A stretch of DNA of 64,000 nt from Candidatus Altimarinota bacterium (GCA_015485665.1 WFTC01000019.1:83-64082); one strand, 5' to 3'. Shown: positions 1 through 7,121, numbered from the stretch's first letter. Numbers and translations are program-made. The notes: generated from the letters alone by a model not told the origin.

Positions 1-1
1 T

Positions 2-895
2 GAATTATCCCCAGAAAATGCAGAACGACTAAGCACGCTCAACGGCCTACTGGCATTAGAAGAAAGCGAAGAAAATGCTCAGGTAATGAATGCAGAACTA
101 AGGGGTAGAAAAACTTGGGCAGAAAAAAGTGCAGCGCTTCGTGAAATGAAGGATAGAATTCAAAGAGCAATTCAAAGAGCAATTCAAAGAGCAATTCAAA
201 GAGCAATTCAAAGAGCAATTCAAAGAGCAATTCAAAGAGCAATTCTTCCCGCTGATGCTACCGCCGTCACTGCTTTGGAGTTAAGTACAAGTAAAGCTGT
301 ATCTGAAGCTGCTCAAGCTGAATTATCCCCAGAACATCAAAGAATTTTAGAGCTGCTTCTTGGTGAACGATATCAAGAAGGTCTTTATGCAGGTCGTTAC
401 ACCGCAGAAGAAGCTCCTAAGGCTAAAGTAGAAGCATGGCTAATGGCAGACACTACCCGTTTGGACGCAGCTGCTAAATGGGAAGCTCGCGGAGGAAAGC
501 CTATGTTTGTCGGAGAATTTGAAGGCGAATGGTGGCTAGCGGAATGTTCCGAAGAAGTTCCACCAGATATTCGAAACATTTGTTACGGACCTAATGGTGC
601 AAAACAGCAAGGCCTTTCAGAAGATAGAAATGCCTTAAGTCAGGCAGAAAATCTTGGAGGAAAATTGTTGCCCAAAGGGCTTGGAGATCGATTGGATGCA
701 GCAGGTTTGATCAAAAACCCTAATTCATGGGAATGGCGCATGCACCCTAATAACAGAGATTTAGAAATCGAAGGTTACTTTAAAGATGATGGTATAGCTT
801 GGTTTGCGGGCTATGGCAATGTGTTTTGGGGTGATCCGCTCCTTCACACTGATACTGGTGGGCTGCGCTGCTCGCTAAGTGGTTCAAAACTTTAA
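2..895 (+). CDS. DGR target protein, 5'-partial (reading frame open from the window start), with a C-terminal variable region
   Basis: The frame is open from nt 2 and the listed ORF is 86..895. The C-terminus GIAWFAGYGNVFWGDPLLHTDTGGLRCSL resembles C-type-lectin/DUF1566-like DGR variable-region ends. An 88-nt copy lies 300 nt downstream. The motif ELSPE occurs at nt 2 and again at nt 320. Confidence 0.7.
   Translation, partial: ELSPENAERLSTLNGLLALEESEENAQVMNAELRGRKTWAEKSAALREMKDRIQRAIQRAIQRAIQRAIQRAIQRAIQRAILPADATAVTALELSTSKAVSEAAQAELSPEHQRILELLLGERYQEGLYAGRYTAEEAPKAKVEAWLMADTTRLDAAAKWEARGGKPMFVGEFEGEWWLAECSEEVPPDIRNICYGPNGAKQQGLSEDRNALSQAENLGGKLLPKGLGDRLDAAGLIKNPNSWEWRMHPNNRDLEIEGYFKDDGIAWFAGYGNVFWGDPLLHTDTGGLRCSLSGSKL
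157..245 (+). repeat. Perfect 12-bp tandem repeat AATTCAAAGAGC x7 plus a partial unit, in frame, encoding (IQRA)7
   Basis: Read directly from the sequence. Units start at 157, 169, 181, 193, 205, 217 and 229. Confidence 0.95.
791..878 (+). repeat. DGR variable region (VR) at the 3' end of the target gene
   Basis: It aligns without gaps to 1174..1261. The last 22 nt (GGTGGGCTGCGCTGCTCGCTAA) are identical in both copies, as an IMH-like segment would be. Mismatches cluster in the first 66 nt. Confidence 0.65.
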
Positions 896-935
896 TCCTT
901 GGACCTTTTTCTTCTTTTTTCTTTATCTTTCCCAG

Positions 936-951
936 CCCCGCGTTAGCGGGG
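936..951 (+). terminator. GC hairpin CCCCGC-GTTA-GCGGGG followed by ATTTCGTTTT; target-gene terminator and/or a VR-flanking hairpin
   Basis: A 6-bp GC stem with a 4-nt loop and a T-rich tail, 41 nt after the stop codon and 58 nt after the VR end. Confidence 0.45.
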
Positions 952-1173
952 ATTTCGTTTTGCACTCCAAGCGAGTATCATCTGCACATACGGTGAATAG
1001 TCACTTGCCTCGGTGTAAGCTACCGTAAAGTGCTCCTGCATCCAGGAAGGAGCATGACAAAGTAAAAACCACTTAGGTTTGAGTGAGATTCAGCCCTTCA
1101 TTGAGGCTGAAAAATAGTACCTCGTCGTTGCGACGACGGAAGAATATGGATGAATCTCATCAACAACAGCGCA

Positions 1174-1261
1174 GGTATGGCTTGGAATGCAGGCTATGGC
1201 AATGTGTATCATGATTATGCGATCCGTCGCACTCGTAGTGGTGGGCTGCGCTGCTCGCTAA
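1174..1261 (+). repeat. DGR template-repeat-like copy (TR)
   Basis: This is an 88-nt homolog of the VR. It is not embedded in a credible gene, since ORF 1150..1431 is mostly antisense to avd. Read in the VR frame it gives AWNAGYGNVYHDYAIRRTRSGGLRCSL. Confidence 0.6.
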
Positions 1262-1265
1262 AGGG

Positions 1266-1610
1266 TTACGTACTTTGGACCGATTTAAGCCAACCTCCGA
1301 GCATTCTTCCAATCTCGGAGGTTTTGGCTTGTAGTTGGAATACTAAAGTAGGGTTGACCAGCTTCAGTTCAAGAAGCAAACGACATTTCAATGTAATAAG
1401 CTCGAGAGTCGCACTGGCTTTAAGCAGATAACCTGCTTTCATCGGTTTCGGCGCATTTTTTGCCATGAGCAGTTGCTCAAGCATATCAAGTATCGAGTTT
1501 TCCAAAGAGAGTCCCAAGCCATACTTCCAACGCTTTGAAAGACCTTGGTTTGTCTCTATTATGACTTTGAAAAGCTCATAACTTTTATTGATGATGGGAA
1601 GTGAGGACAT
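1266..1610 (-). CDS. avd: Four-helix-bundle protein, Avd-like (DGR accessory variability determinant family)
   Basis: It carries the pattern IINKSYELFKVI...KYGLGLSLENSILDMLEQLL...EIGRMLGGWLKS, typical of Avd and 23S-IVS four-helix-bundle proteins. I placed the start at internal Met23 of ORF 1266..1676. Confidence 0.7.
   Translation of the reverse strand: MSSLPIINKSYELFKVIIETNQGLSKRWKYGLGLSLENSILDMLEQLLMAKNAPKPMKAGYLLKASATLELITLKCRLLLELKLVNPTLVFQLQAKTSEIGRMLGGWLKSVQST
1289..1328 (+). other. Extended hairpin 28 nt downstream of the TR (13-bp stem with a 2-nt bulge, 12-nt loop)
   Basis: GCCAACCTCCGAG (1289-1301) pairs with CTCGGAGGTTTTGGC (1314-1328). The hairpin lies inside the avd coding sequence on the opposite strand. 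Confidence 0.5.
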
Positions 1611-1983
1611 AGATTTTGGGTTAGGAAGTATATGGAAGGCGTGGTTTGAATTTCGTAAAGGAAAGAGGATGAGCATGGCAATGCACGAATTTCAGTACAA
1701 CCTTGAGGCAAACCTCATGGAGCTGCATCAAGACCTTGTGAATGGCACTTATAAGCACGGTGGTCCGTACAGGTCTTTTGTGGTCTGCGACAACAAACGG
1801 AGAGAGATTTCGGTTTCCTCGGTAAGAGATCGGGTGGTCCACTGCCTCCTCTACGACTACCTTGTCCCGATCTGGGATAAGACCTTCATTTACGACGCTT
1901 GGTCTTGCAGGAAAGGCAAAGGGGGGGGTTACAGGTTCAATAAAAATTCGCATGTGCCTACTACCTATGTATGTGGGTCATAG
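1588..1983 (+). pseudogene. DGR-type reverse transcriptase, N-terminal fragment only (truncated)
   Basis: WKAWFEFRKGKR...YKHGGPYRSFVVCDNKRREISVSSVRDRVVHCLLYDYLVPIWDKTFIYDAWSCRKGKG matches the RT N-terminal motifs (RDRVV, CRKGKG). No catalytic YxDD region follows. Similarity ends at a G8 run (1921-1928), and the ORF stops 20 nt before tRNA-Ser. Confidence 0.75.
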
Positions 1984-2002
1984 GGTTGTGTTGCGCACGT
2001 GA

Positions 2003-2092
2003 TGGCGGAGAGGGAGGGATTCGAACCCTCGAGACCCTTGCGAGTCTACCCGCTTTCCAAGCGAGCGCACTAGACCACTATGCGACCTCTCC
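2003..2092 (-). tRNA. tRNA-Ser (anticodon GGA), long variable arm, CCA encoded
   Basis: Reverse complement: GGAGAGGTCGCATAGTGGTCTAGTGCGCTCGCTTGGAAAGCGGGTAGACTCGCAAGGGTCTCGAGGGTTCGAATCCCTCCCTCTCCGCCA. Cloverleaf folded by hand. Confidence 0.9.
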
Positions 2093-2265
2093 ATCTTACC
2101 GTACTTTTGTATATGAAGTTGAGTATAAGTGCAACCAGATTACTTGCATTTTAGGTGTCAAATGGGAGTTTTAGATCTGAAGTCTATATCTAAAACCAAA
2201 AAAAGCCCCGGAAATTTTTGTGGAGCTCTTTTTGGTGCTTATTCTGTTGCTGAAACCAGTGTATT

Positions 2266-2517
2266 TTATTTTGTACTTTTCTTCAAGGCTTTCTTTGCAA
2301 GTTTGTGAATCTGTTCTTCAAACTTTTTTGGATTTTTTGCCATTGTGCGAAGAGCGCGTGCAGTCATTCGTATCTTAACAGATGTGCCTGTTTTTGGATC
2401 AAAAACACGCTTGCTAATCAAATTTGGCAAGAATCGCCTTTTTGTTCGCCGCTTTGAGTGTGAGACATTGTGTCCACTTCGCGGTCTTGCTCCTGTAAGT
2501 TGGCAAACTCGAGACAT
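2266..2517 (-). CDS. rpmB: 50S ribosomal protein L28
   Basis: MSRVCQLTGARPRSGHNVSHSKRRTKRRFLPNL is the canonical L28 N-terminus. Confidence 0.95.
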   Translation of the reverse strand: MSRVCQLTGARPRSGHNVSHSKRRTKRRFLPNLISKRVFDPKTGTSVKIRMTARALRTMAKNPKKFEEQIHKLAKKALKKSTK

Positions 2518-2597
2518 AATTTCTTTTCTAAATGCTGGGGCATTCTATGCCTTGAGTCCGGCTTTGTCAAAGTATTTTTTCAGGGTAGAATGTAAGC

Positions 2598-3224
2598 ATG
2601 TTTTTGTCTGTTTACTATCTTGCGGCATTGGTGCTAATTCTAACTGTGCATGAGGCAGCTCATGCTTGGATGGCTAATAGGCTCGGAGATCCAACAGCTG
2701 CAAGAGAGGGTAGATTGAGTTTAAACCCAATTAGACATTTAGATTTGCTTGGAACACTTATGCTTTTTGTTGCAGGTATAGGTTGGGGTAAGCCGGTGCC
2801 CGTTAATCCGAGGAATTTTAAAAAGCCAGCAAGAGATGAAGCTTTAACTGCTCTTGCCGGTCCTGTAGCAAATTTTTTAATGGCAATACTTGCCGCAATT
2901 CCTCTTTCTTATTCACCTGATTTTGGATTCTGGGGCTTATTGCAAGTTTTTAGCAATGCAATCATGGAGCTTAGTCTTGTGCTTTTCTTCTTCAATATGC
3001 TGCCCATCCCTCCCTTGGATGGTTCAAAATTTATGCTTGCATTTATTCCTTTTAGGTACAGAGCTTCTTATCATGCTTTTTTAAGAAGAAGCATGCCATA
3101 CTTCATTGTATTTGTAGTTGTAGATCTTTATATTTTTGGGCGAATGTGGGGTGGTTCAATCATTTGGACAGTAGTATCTACTGCAACTTTTTGGCTTAAA
3201 ACAGCTATTTTGCTTTTAATTTAA
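2598..3224 (+). CDS. Site-2 protease family (M50) membrane metalloprotease
   Basis: It has the HEAAHAW (HExxH) motif, LSLNPIRHLD, and multiple transmembrane segments. Confidence 0.8.
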   Translation: MFLSVYYLAALVLILTVHEAAHAWMANRLGDPTAAREGRLSLNPIRHLDLLGTLMLFVAGIGWGKPVPVNPRNFKKPARDEALTALAGPVANFLMAILAAIPLSYSPDFGFWGLLQVFSNAIMELSLVLFFFNMLPIPPLDGSKFMLAFIPFRYRASYHAFLRRSMPYFIVFVVVDLYIFGRMWGGSIIWTVVSTATFWLKTAILLLI

Positions 3225-3319
3225 TGATCATGACAGATTATAGTCGTTGATTGGAACATAATTGGAGCATTTTCATAGGTTGATTGTTTGACCATTTGGT
3301 TTGGAATACGTATCATCTG

Positions 3320-3560
3320 CCCTGCGAAGTCGACGATGTGCGTGAGACTCATCCTGGCGGAATTTCAGCCCCTTCGGGAGCTGACTGAGCAACCCTCAGC
3401 ATTATATCGCCCGAGGACACGGCACCGTGGTCTTTGTATAATTTCTCTAGCTTTTGCGGTTCGGATCTGAGTTTAGGTCCGTTCCGGCAAAAGCATGGTC
3501 GTTTCTTTGCCTTTGGTAATGCTGTGTATCGCGGCTAGTGGTAAGGCTTGACCAATAAAG
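3320..3560. ncRNA. Unclassified candidate structured RNA (GC-rich intergenic block)
   Basis: GC is about 50 percent, against AT-rich flanks. Stems seen: a UUCG-loop hairpin at 3366-3383, a hairpin at 3385-3399, and a roughly 17-bp composite stem at 3450-3494. No credible CDS is present. The strand is undetermined. Confidence 0.35.
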
Positions 3561-3596
3561 TGTTTCACTTTAACTTAACTTTCGTTGAAGTTTTTT

Positions 3597-3671
3597 GCCA
3601 TCATAGCTCAGTGGTAGAGCACCACCATGGTAAGGTGGGGGTCCTGGGTTCAAGTCCCGGTGATGGCTCCA
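3597..3671 (+). tRNA. tRNA-Thr (anticodon GGT), CCA encoded
   Basis: GCCATCATAGCTCAGTGGTAGAGCACCACCATGGTAAGGTGGGGGTCCTGGGTTCAAGTCCCGGTGATGGCTCCA, cloverleaf folded by hand. Confidence 0.9.
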
Positions 3672-3743
3672 GCTTTTCGGATATGAATCATAGCTGAATA
3701 TGCAGCAGTTCATATTTTGTCAATGTTGAATCAAAAATCCACC

Positions 3744-3775
3744 TTGACCGTCTTATCCGGAATTGTTATTAATAA
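3744..3775 (+). promoter_or_regulatory. Candidate promoter TTGACC-17-TATTAA overlapping a perfect 10-bp palindrome TTATTAATAA (Fur/PerR-box-like)
   Basis: The -35 element is at 3744-3749 and the -10 at 3767-3772. The palindrome is at 3766-3775, which is 3 nt upstream of the fur-family ATG. Confidence 0.35.
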
Positions 3776-3778
3776 GCT

Positions 3779-4192
3779 ATGAAAAAAATGCTTGTTCAAG
3801 GTCGGATTAATCACATGAAAGAAGTATGCAGAAAAGGTGGTTTGCGCGTAACCCCTCAAAAGCAAGAAATTTTCCGTGTTGTGGCTTCCACTACTTCTCA
3901 TCCCAGAGCTCAAGATATTTATGAAGATGTTAAAAAGAAATTTCCAAACATTTCTTTTGCAACGGTTTATGATAATTTGCGCAAATTTAAAGATTTGGGT
4001 CTTGTCAGTGAGATGAATTGTCCGGGATCTTGTCAGCGTTTTGATGCGAATATGACTAATCATCATCATATTATAGATAGGGAAACAGGACGTGTAATGG
4101 ACGTGGAATTGGATCAAGGGCAGAGCATACCCATTCCAAAATCCCTTAAAAATGAGTCTATTTCAGATATTCGGATTACTTATATTGTTTAA
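3779..4192 (+). CDS. Fur family transcriptional regulator (PerR-like by context)
   Basis: LRVTPQKQEIFRVVASTTSHPRAQDIYEDVKKKFPNISFATVYDNLRKFKDLGLV is a Fur-family winged helix, and an HHHI motif is present. Confidence 0.85.
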   Translation: MKKMLVQGRINHMKEVCRKGGLRVTPQKQEIFRVVASTTSHPRAQDIYEDVKKKFPNISFATVYDNLRKFKDLGLVSEMNCPGSCQRFDANMTNHHHIIDRETGRVMDVELDQGQSIPIPKSLKNESISDIRITYIV

Positions 4193-4203
4193 CCCACTTT
4201 ATT

Positions 4204-4647
4204 ATGAATAAAGATACAATTATCAGGCAGCTTGGTATACTTTTGGCAAGTAATTATACTTTGTACCTTAAAACACAGAATTTTCATTGGAACGTTAGAG
4301 GTCCTTTTTTTGGAACCTTGCATCTTATGTTTGAAACTCAATACAATGAATTGGCGCTTGCCAATGATTTCATTGCAGAGCGTATTCGCAGCTTGGGAGC
4401 ACTTGCCCCCGGAACTTATAAAGAGTTTGCGGAACTGAGTTTCATAAAAGAGCCTCAAGGAGATTTGAAGGCTGAAGACATGGTGAGAGTTTTATTGGAA
4501 GATCATGAAGCGATGATATCTTTTTCCAAAGAGCTTTTAAATCATGCTGCGGAAGTTGGAGATGAAGGCACTGTAGATCTTGTTTCTACAAGGATTGGAG
4601 AACAAGAAAAAACCGCATGGATGCTTAGAAGCTTCCTTGATAAATAG
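4204..4647 (+). CDS. dps: Dps family DNA-protection/ferritin-like protein
   Basis: LYLKTQNFHWNVRGPFFGTLHLMFETQYNEL is the canonical Dps signature. Confidence 0.9.
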   Translation: MNKDTIIRQLGILLASNYTLYLKTQNFHWNVRGPFFGTLHLMFETQYNELALANDFIAERIRSLGALAPGTYKEFAELSFIKEPQGDLKAEDMVRVLLEDHEAMISFSKELLNHAAEVGDEGTVDLVSTRIGEQEKTAWMLRSFLDK

Positions 4648-4672
4648 TTTATTATTTTTAACCCCATATTTT

Positions 4673-5233
4673 ATGAATTGTCATAGCAATGACGACTTAC
4701 AGCCCGTGCTTGCCATAGGGCATGAAGCTCCTTCTTTCACTGCTCCCGCATATGTGGAAGGCAGTGTAGATGCAAAGATTTCCCTGGAAGATTTCAGAGG
4801 GAAATGGGTGCTTCTTTTTTTCTATCCACTTGATTTCACCTTTGTGTGTCCTACTGAACTTTATGAGTTGAGTGACATGCAGGAAGAATTTGAAAATGCT
4901 AATTGTCAAATTATAGGTGCTTCTGTAGATTCCGTTTTTTCACATCAAGCTTGGGCCCAAAATGATGAAAAGGTAGGGAAAATAAAATTCCCTATAATTT
5001 CTGATTTAAATCATGAAATTTCCTTCAATTACGGAGTATTGCATGAAGAAGGAATGAGTCTGCGTGGAGCTTTCATTATTGATCCGGATGGAGTTTTACA
5101 ATCCATGACTATCAATAACTTGAATGTAGGTAGAAATGCTAAAGAGCTTTTGAGGCTTGTTAAGGCATTTCAAACTGGAGATCTTTGTCCCGCAAGTTGG
5201 GATACAGGCAAAGAAACCCTTGGAAAGGCCTAA
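4673..5233 (+). CDS. 2-Cys peroxiredoxin (AhpC/TSA family)
   Basis: It contains FFYPLDFTFVCPTEL, with the peroxidatic Cys, and a C-terminal GDLCPASW. The start is at the internal ATG 4673, since the ORF upstream of it overlaps dps. Confidence 0.9.
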   Translation: MNCHSNDDLQPVLAIGHEAPSFTAPAYVEGSVDAKISLEDFRGKWVLLFFYPLDFTFVCPTELYELSDMQEEFENANCQIIGASVDSVFSHQAWAQNDEKVGKIKFPIISDLNHEISFNYGVLHEEGMSLRGAFIIDPDGVLQSMTINNLNVGRNAKELLRLVKAFQTGDLCPASWDTGKETLGKA

Positions 5234-5343
5234 GTTGATCCGTTTAACTTGAATTTGCAGAGCGACCGGTGTCCACTGAGGAGCCGGTTGCTTTGGTGAT
5301 GCAGCCAAATATGCTTGCGTCTTCTGAGTTTATTTTGGAATTA

Positions 5344-6441
5344 TCAAGATAAGGGAAGGTAAATTTTAAAGCAGGAGCCTTTATCAGGTTTATTTATAGC
5401 TTTTATTTTACCTCCATGGGCTTCTATTATTTCTTTTGCAAGGGTTAGTCCAATACCAAGCCCACCTGTTTTTCTTGATCTGGAACGACAGCTGCGATAA
5501 AAGCGGTCAAAAATATGCGGCAGATCTTCTTTGGGAATGCCGGGACCTTCGTCTGCAATGCATATAAGCAACTTATTTCTTTTTTCTTTCAATAGAATGT
5601 TTATTTTAGCATTTGCCGGAGAAAATCTAATTGCGTTATTGATTATGTTTTGCAGTACTTGAATCATACGGTCACGATCAAGCATTAAATGATATTTGAC
5701 CGTATGAGCTATGAAATTAACTTTCAGGTTTTTTTCTTTGAGCTGGGGTTTCATTTGCGTGATTACTTTTTTTACTAAATTGTTTAGGTTGATACTGCTT
5801 GGATGAATTGCAAAATTTGGATTTTGTACTTGAGAAAGTTCGCGAACTTCCGTGACCATTGCATTTAATCGTGCTGCCTCTTCTTGAATTAACTCAAGAG
5901 TTTCTACTCTTTTGTTTCCTTTAATTATTCCGTCACTTATGGCTTCAAGATAGCCCGTTATGTTTGTGAGCGGAGTTGCAAGTTCATGGATCATCGTTGT
6001 TATGAGCTCTTGTTGTAAACGTTGATTTTTTTCCAAGGATGCTGCCATGGTATTGAGAGCTTCACTCAATTCCCCTAATTCATCCCTGAAATGTACATTG
6101 ACACGACGTTTGTAGTTACCTTTTGAGATTGATTTAGTTGCACTTATGACTTCTTTGATTGGGCGGGTGAAAAGTACAGATAAAAATAAGCTTACAATTA
6201 AGGCAATTATGCCTGCAACTATTGTTGTGTAGATAAGAGAGCTTTGCAGCGTACTTAAAAAAAGCTTTACACCGGGTATATTAAATGGAGATGAATCGCC
6301 ATGCATGCCATCAAAACTACGCATGAATTTATTGAAGTGATTATTTAAAATATAGCTTGTTGTCCATCCAACCAAAGTAAGACTTACAAAAATAATACCC
6401 ACATAACTGAAAAATAATTTGAGTCTGATTGGAATATTCAT
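5344..6441 (-). CDS. Sensor histidine kinase (two TM segments, HAMP, HisKA, HATPase_c)
   Basis: The H-box is IHELATPLTNI, the G-box is GGLGIGLTLAKEI, and a HAMP-like linker follows TM2. Confidence 0.85.
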   Translation of the reverse strand: MNIPIRLKLFFSYVGIIFVSLTLVGWTTSYILNNHFNKFMRSFDGMHGDSSPFNIPGVKLFLSTLQSSLIYTTIVAGIIALIVSLFLSVLFTRPIKEVISATKSISKGNYKRRVNVHFRDELGELSEALNTMAASLEKNQRLQQELITTMIHELATPLTNITGYLEAISDGIIKGNKRVETLELIQEEAARLNAMVTEVRELSQVQNPNFAIHPSSINLNNLVKKVITQMKPQLKEKNLKVNFIAHTVKYHLMLDRDRMIQVLQNIINNAIRFSPANAKINILLKEKRNKLLICIADEGPGIPKEDLPHIFDRFYRSCRSRSRKTGGLGIGLTLAKEIIEAHGGKIKAINKPDKGSCFKIYLPLS

Positions 6442-7121
6442 AAGTCTTTAAATTTATAACCTACGCCGAAAACGGAAATCAGAAAACGCGGCTTTTTAGC
6501 TGGATCTTTTAGTTTTTTTCTTAAATTTTTAATATGTGCATCAATAGTTCTATCATAAACCATTGCTTTTGAGTCATAGAGAGATTCCATAATCTGCTCT
6601 CTGGAAAATACACGTCCGGGATGAGATGCCAAAAGATATAGCAACTTAAATTCCAACCCTGATAATCTTATGGATTTTCCATTTAGTTGCACGAGCATTT
6701 TTTCAGGATATAGTTTAAGAGGGCCACGTTCAATTTTTTCTGAGATTTGATCTTCCTGCATGTGGCTGCGGCGCAATACTGCTTTTATTCTTGCAATGAC
6801 TTCTTTGGGGCTGAAAGGTTTGGTGATGTAATCATCAGCGCCAAATTCCAAGCCCAGTATTCTTTCAATTTCATCTGACTTTGCACTTAAAATAAGAATA
6901 GGAAATGAATGGCTTTGTCTAATTTCTTTCAAAACGTCCAAACCTTCCATTTCCGGCAGCATACGATCCAATAAAACAAGATCAGGCTTTATTTGTTTTG
7001 CAAGTTCCAAACCTTCTTTGCCGGATTCACTGTGAAGAACACGATAATTTTCTTGTTCGCAGTAAAGTTTAAGCAGGTTTGCAATTTTGGTGTCATCTTC
7101 AATGATTAATATGGTTGTCAT
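6438..7121 (-). CDS. OmpR/PhoB-family response regulator
   Basis: It has a receiver domain (ILIIEDD...DLVLLD...) and a winged-helix C-terminus (VFGVGYKF). It overlaps the kinase gene by 4 nt. Confidence 0.9.
   Translation of the reverse strand: MTTILIIEDDTKIANLLKLYCEQENYRVLHSESGKEGLELAKQIKPDLVLLDRMLPEMEGLDVLKEIRQSHSFPILILSAKSDEIERILGLEFGADDYITKPFSPKEVIARIKAVLRRSHMQEDQISEKIERGPLKLYPEKMLVQLNGKSIRLSGLEFKLLYLLASHPGRVFSREQIMESLYDSKAMVYDRTIDAHIKNLRKKLKDPAKKPRFLISVFGVGYKFKDL

Noticed and set aside
39-242. Minus-strand ORF encoding (LFEL)n
   Set aside because: It is the antisense reading of the perfect 12-bp tandem repeat inside the target gene, so it is a repeat artefact.
157-245. Possible CRISPR array
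   Set aside because: The 12-bp units are contiguous with no spacers, lie in frame within a CDS, and no cas genes are present.
1150-1431. 93-aa plus-strand ORF covering the TR
   Set aside because: Only its first part resembles the VR-encoded peptide. The rest is antisense to the well-supported Avd-like gene, so I treat it as a non-coding TR.
1621-1953. 110-aa minus-strand ORF
   Set aside because: It is antisense to the RT fragment, which has clear family motifs. This ORF has none.
1971-2174. 67-aa plus-strand ORF
   Set aside because: It is fully explained by the antisense of tRNA-Ser(GGA).
3288-3470. 60-aa ORF in the GC-rich intergenic block
   Set aside because: It has an Arg/Cys-rich, implausible composition and overlaps several strong RNA stems. 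The region fits a non-coding RNA better.
3320-3560. Assignment as tmRNA, RNase P RNA or SRP RNA
   Set aside because: I looked on both strands for GGGG...TTCGACG plus a T-loop/CCA end (tmRNA), GAGGAAAGTCC and ACAGAA (RNase P), and a GGAA tetraloop with AGCA (SRP). None was found, so I left the region unclassified.
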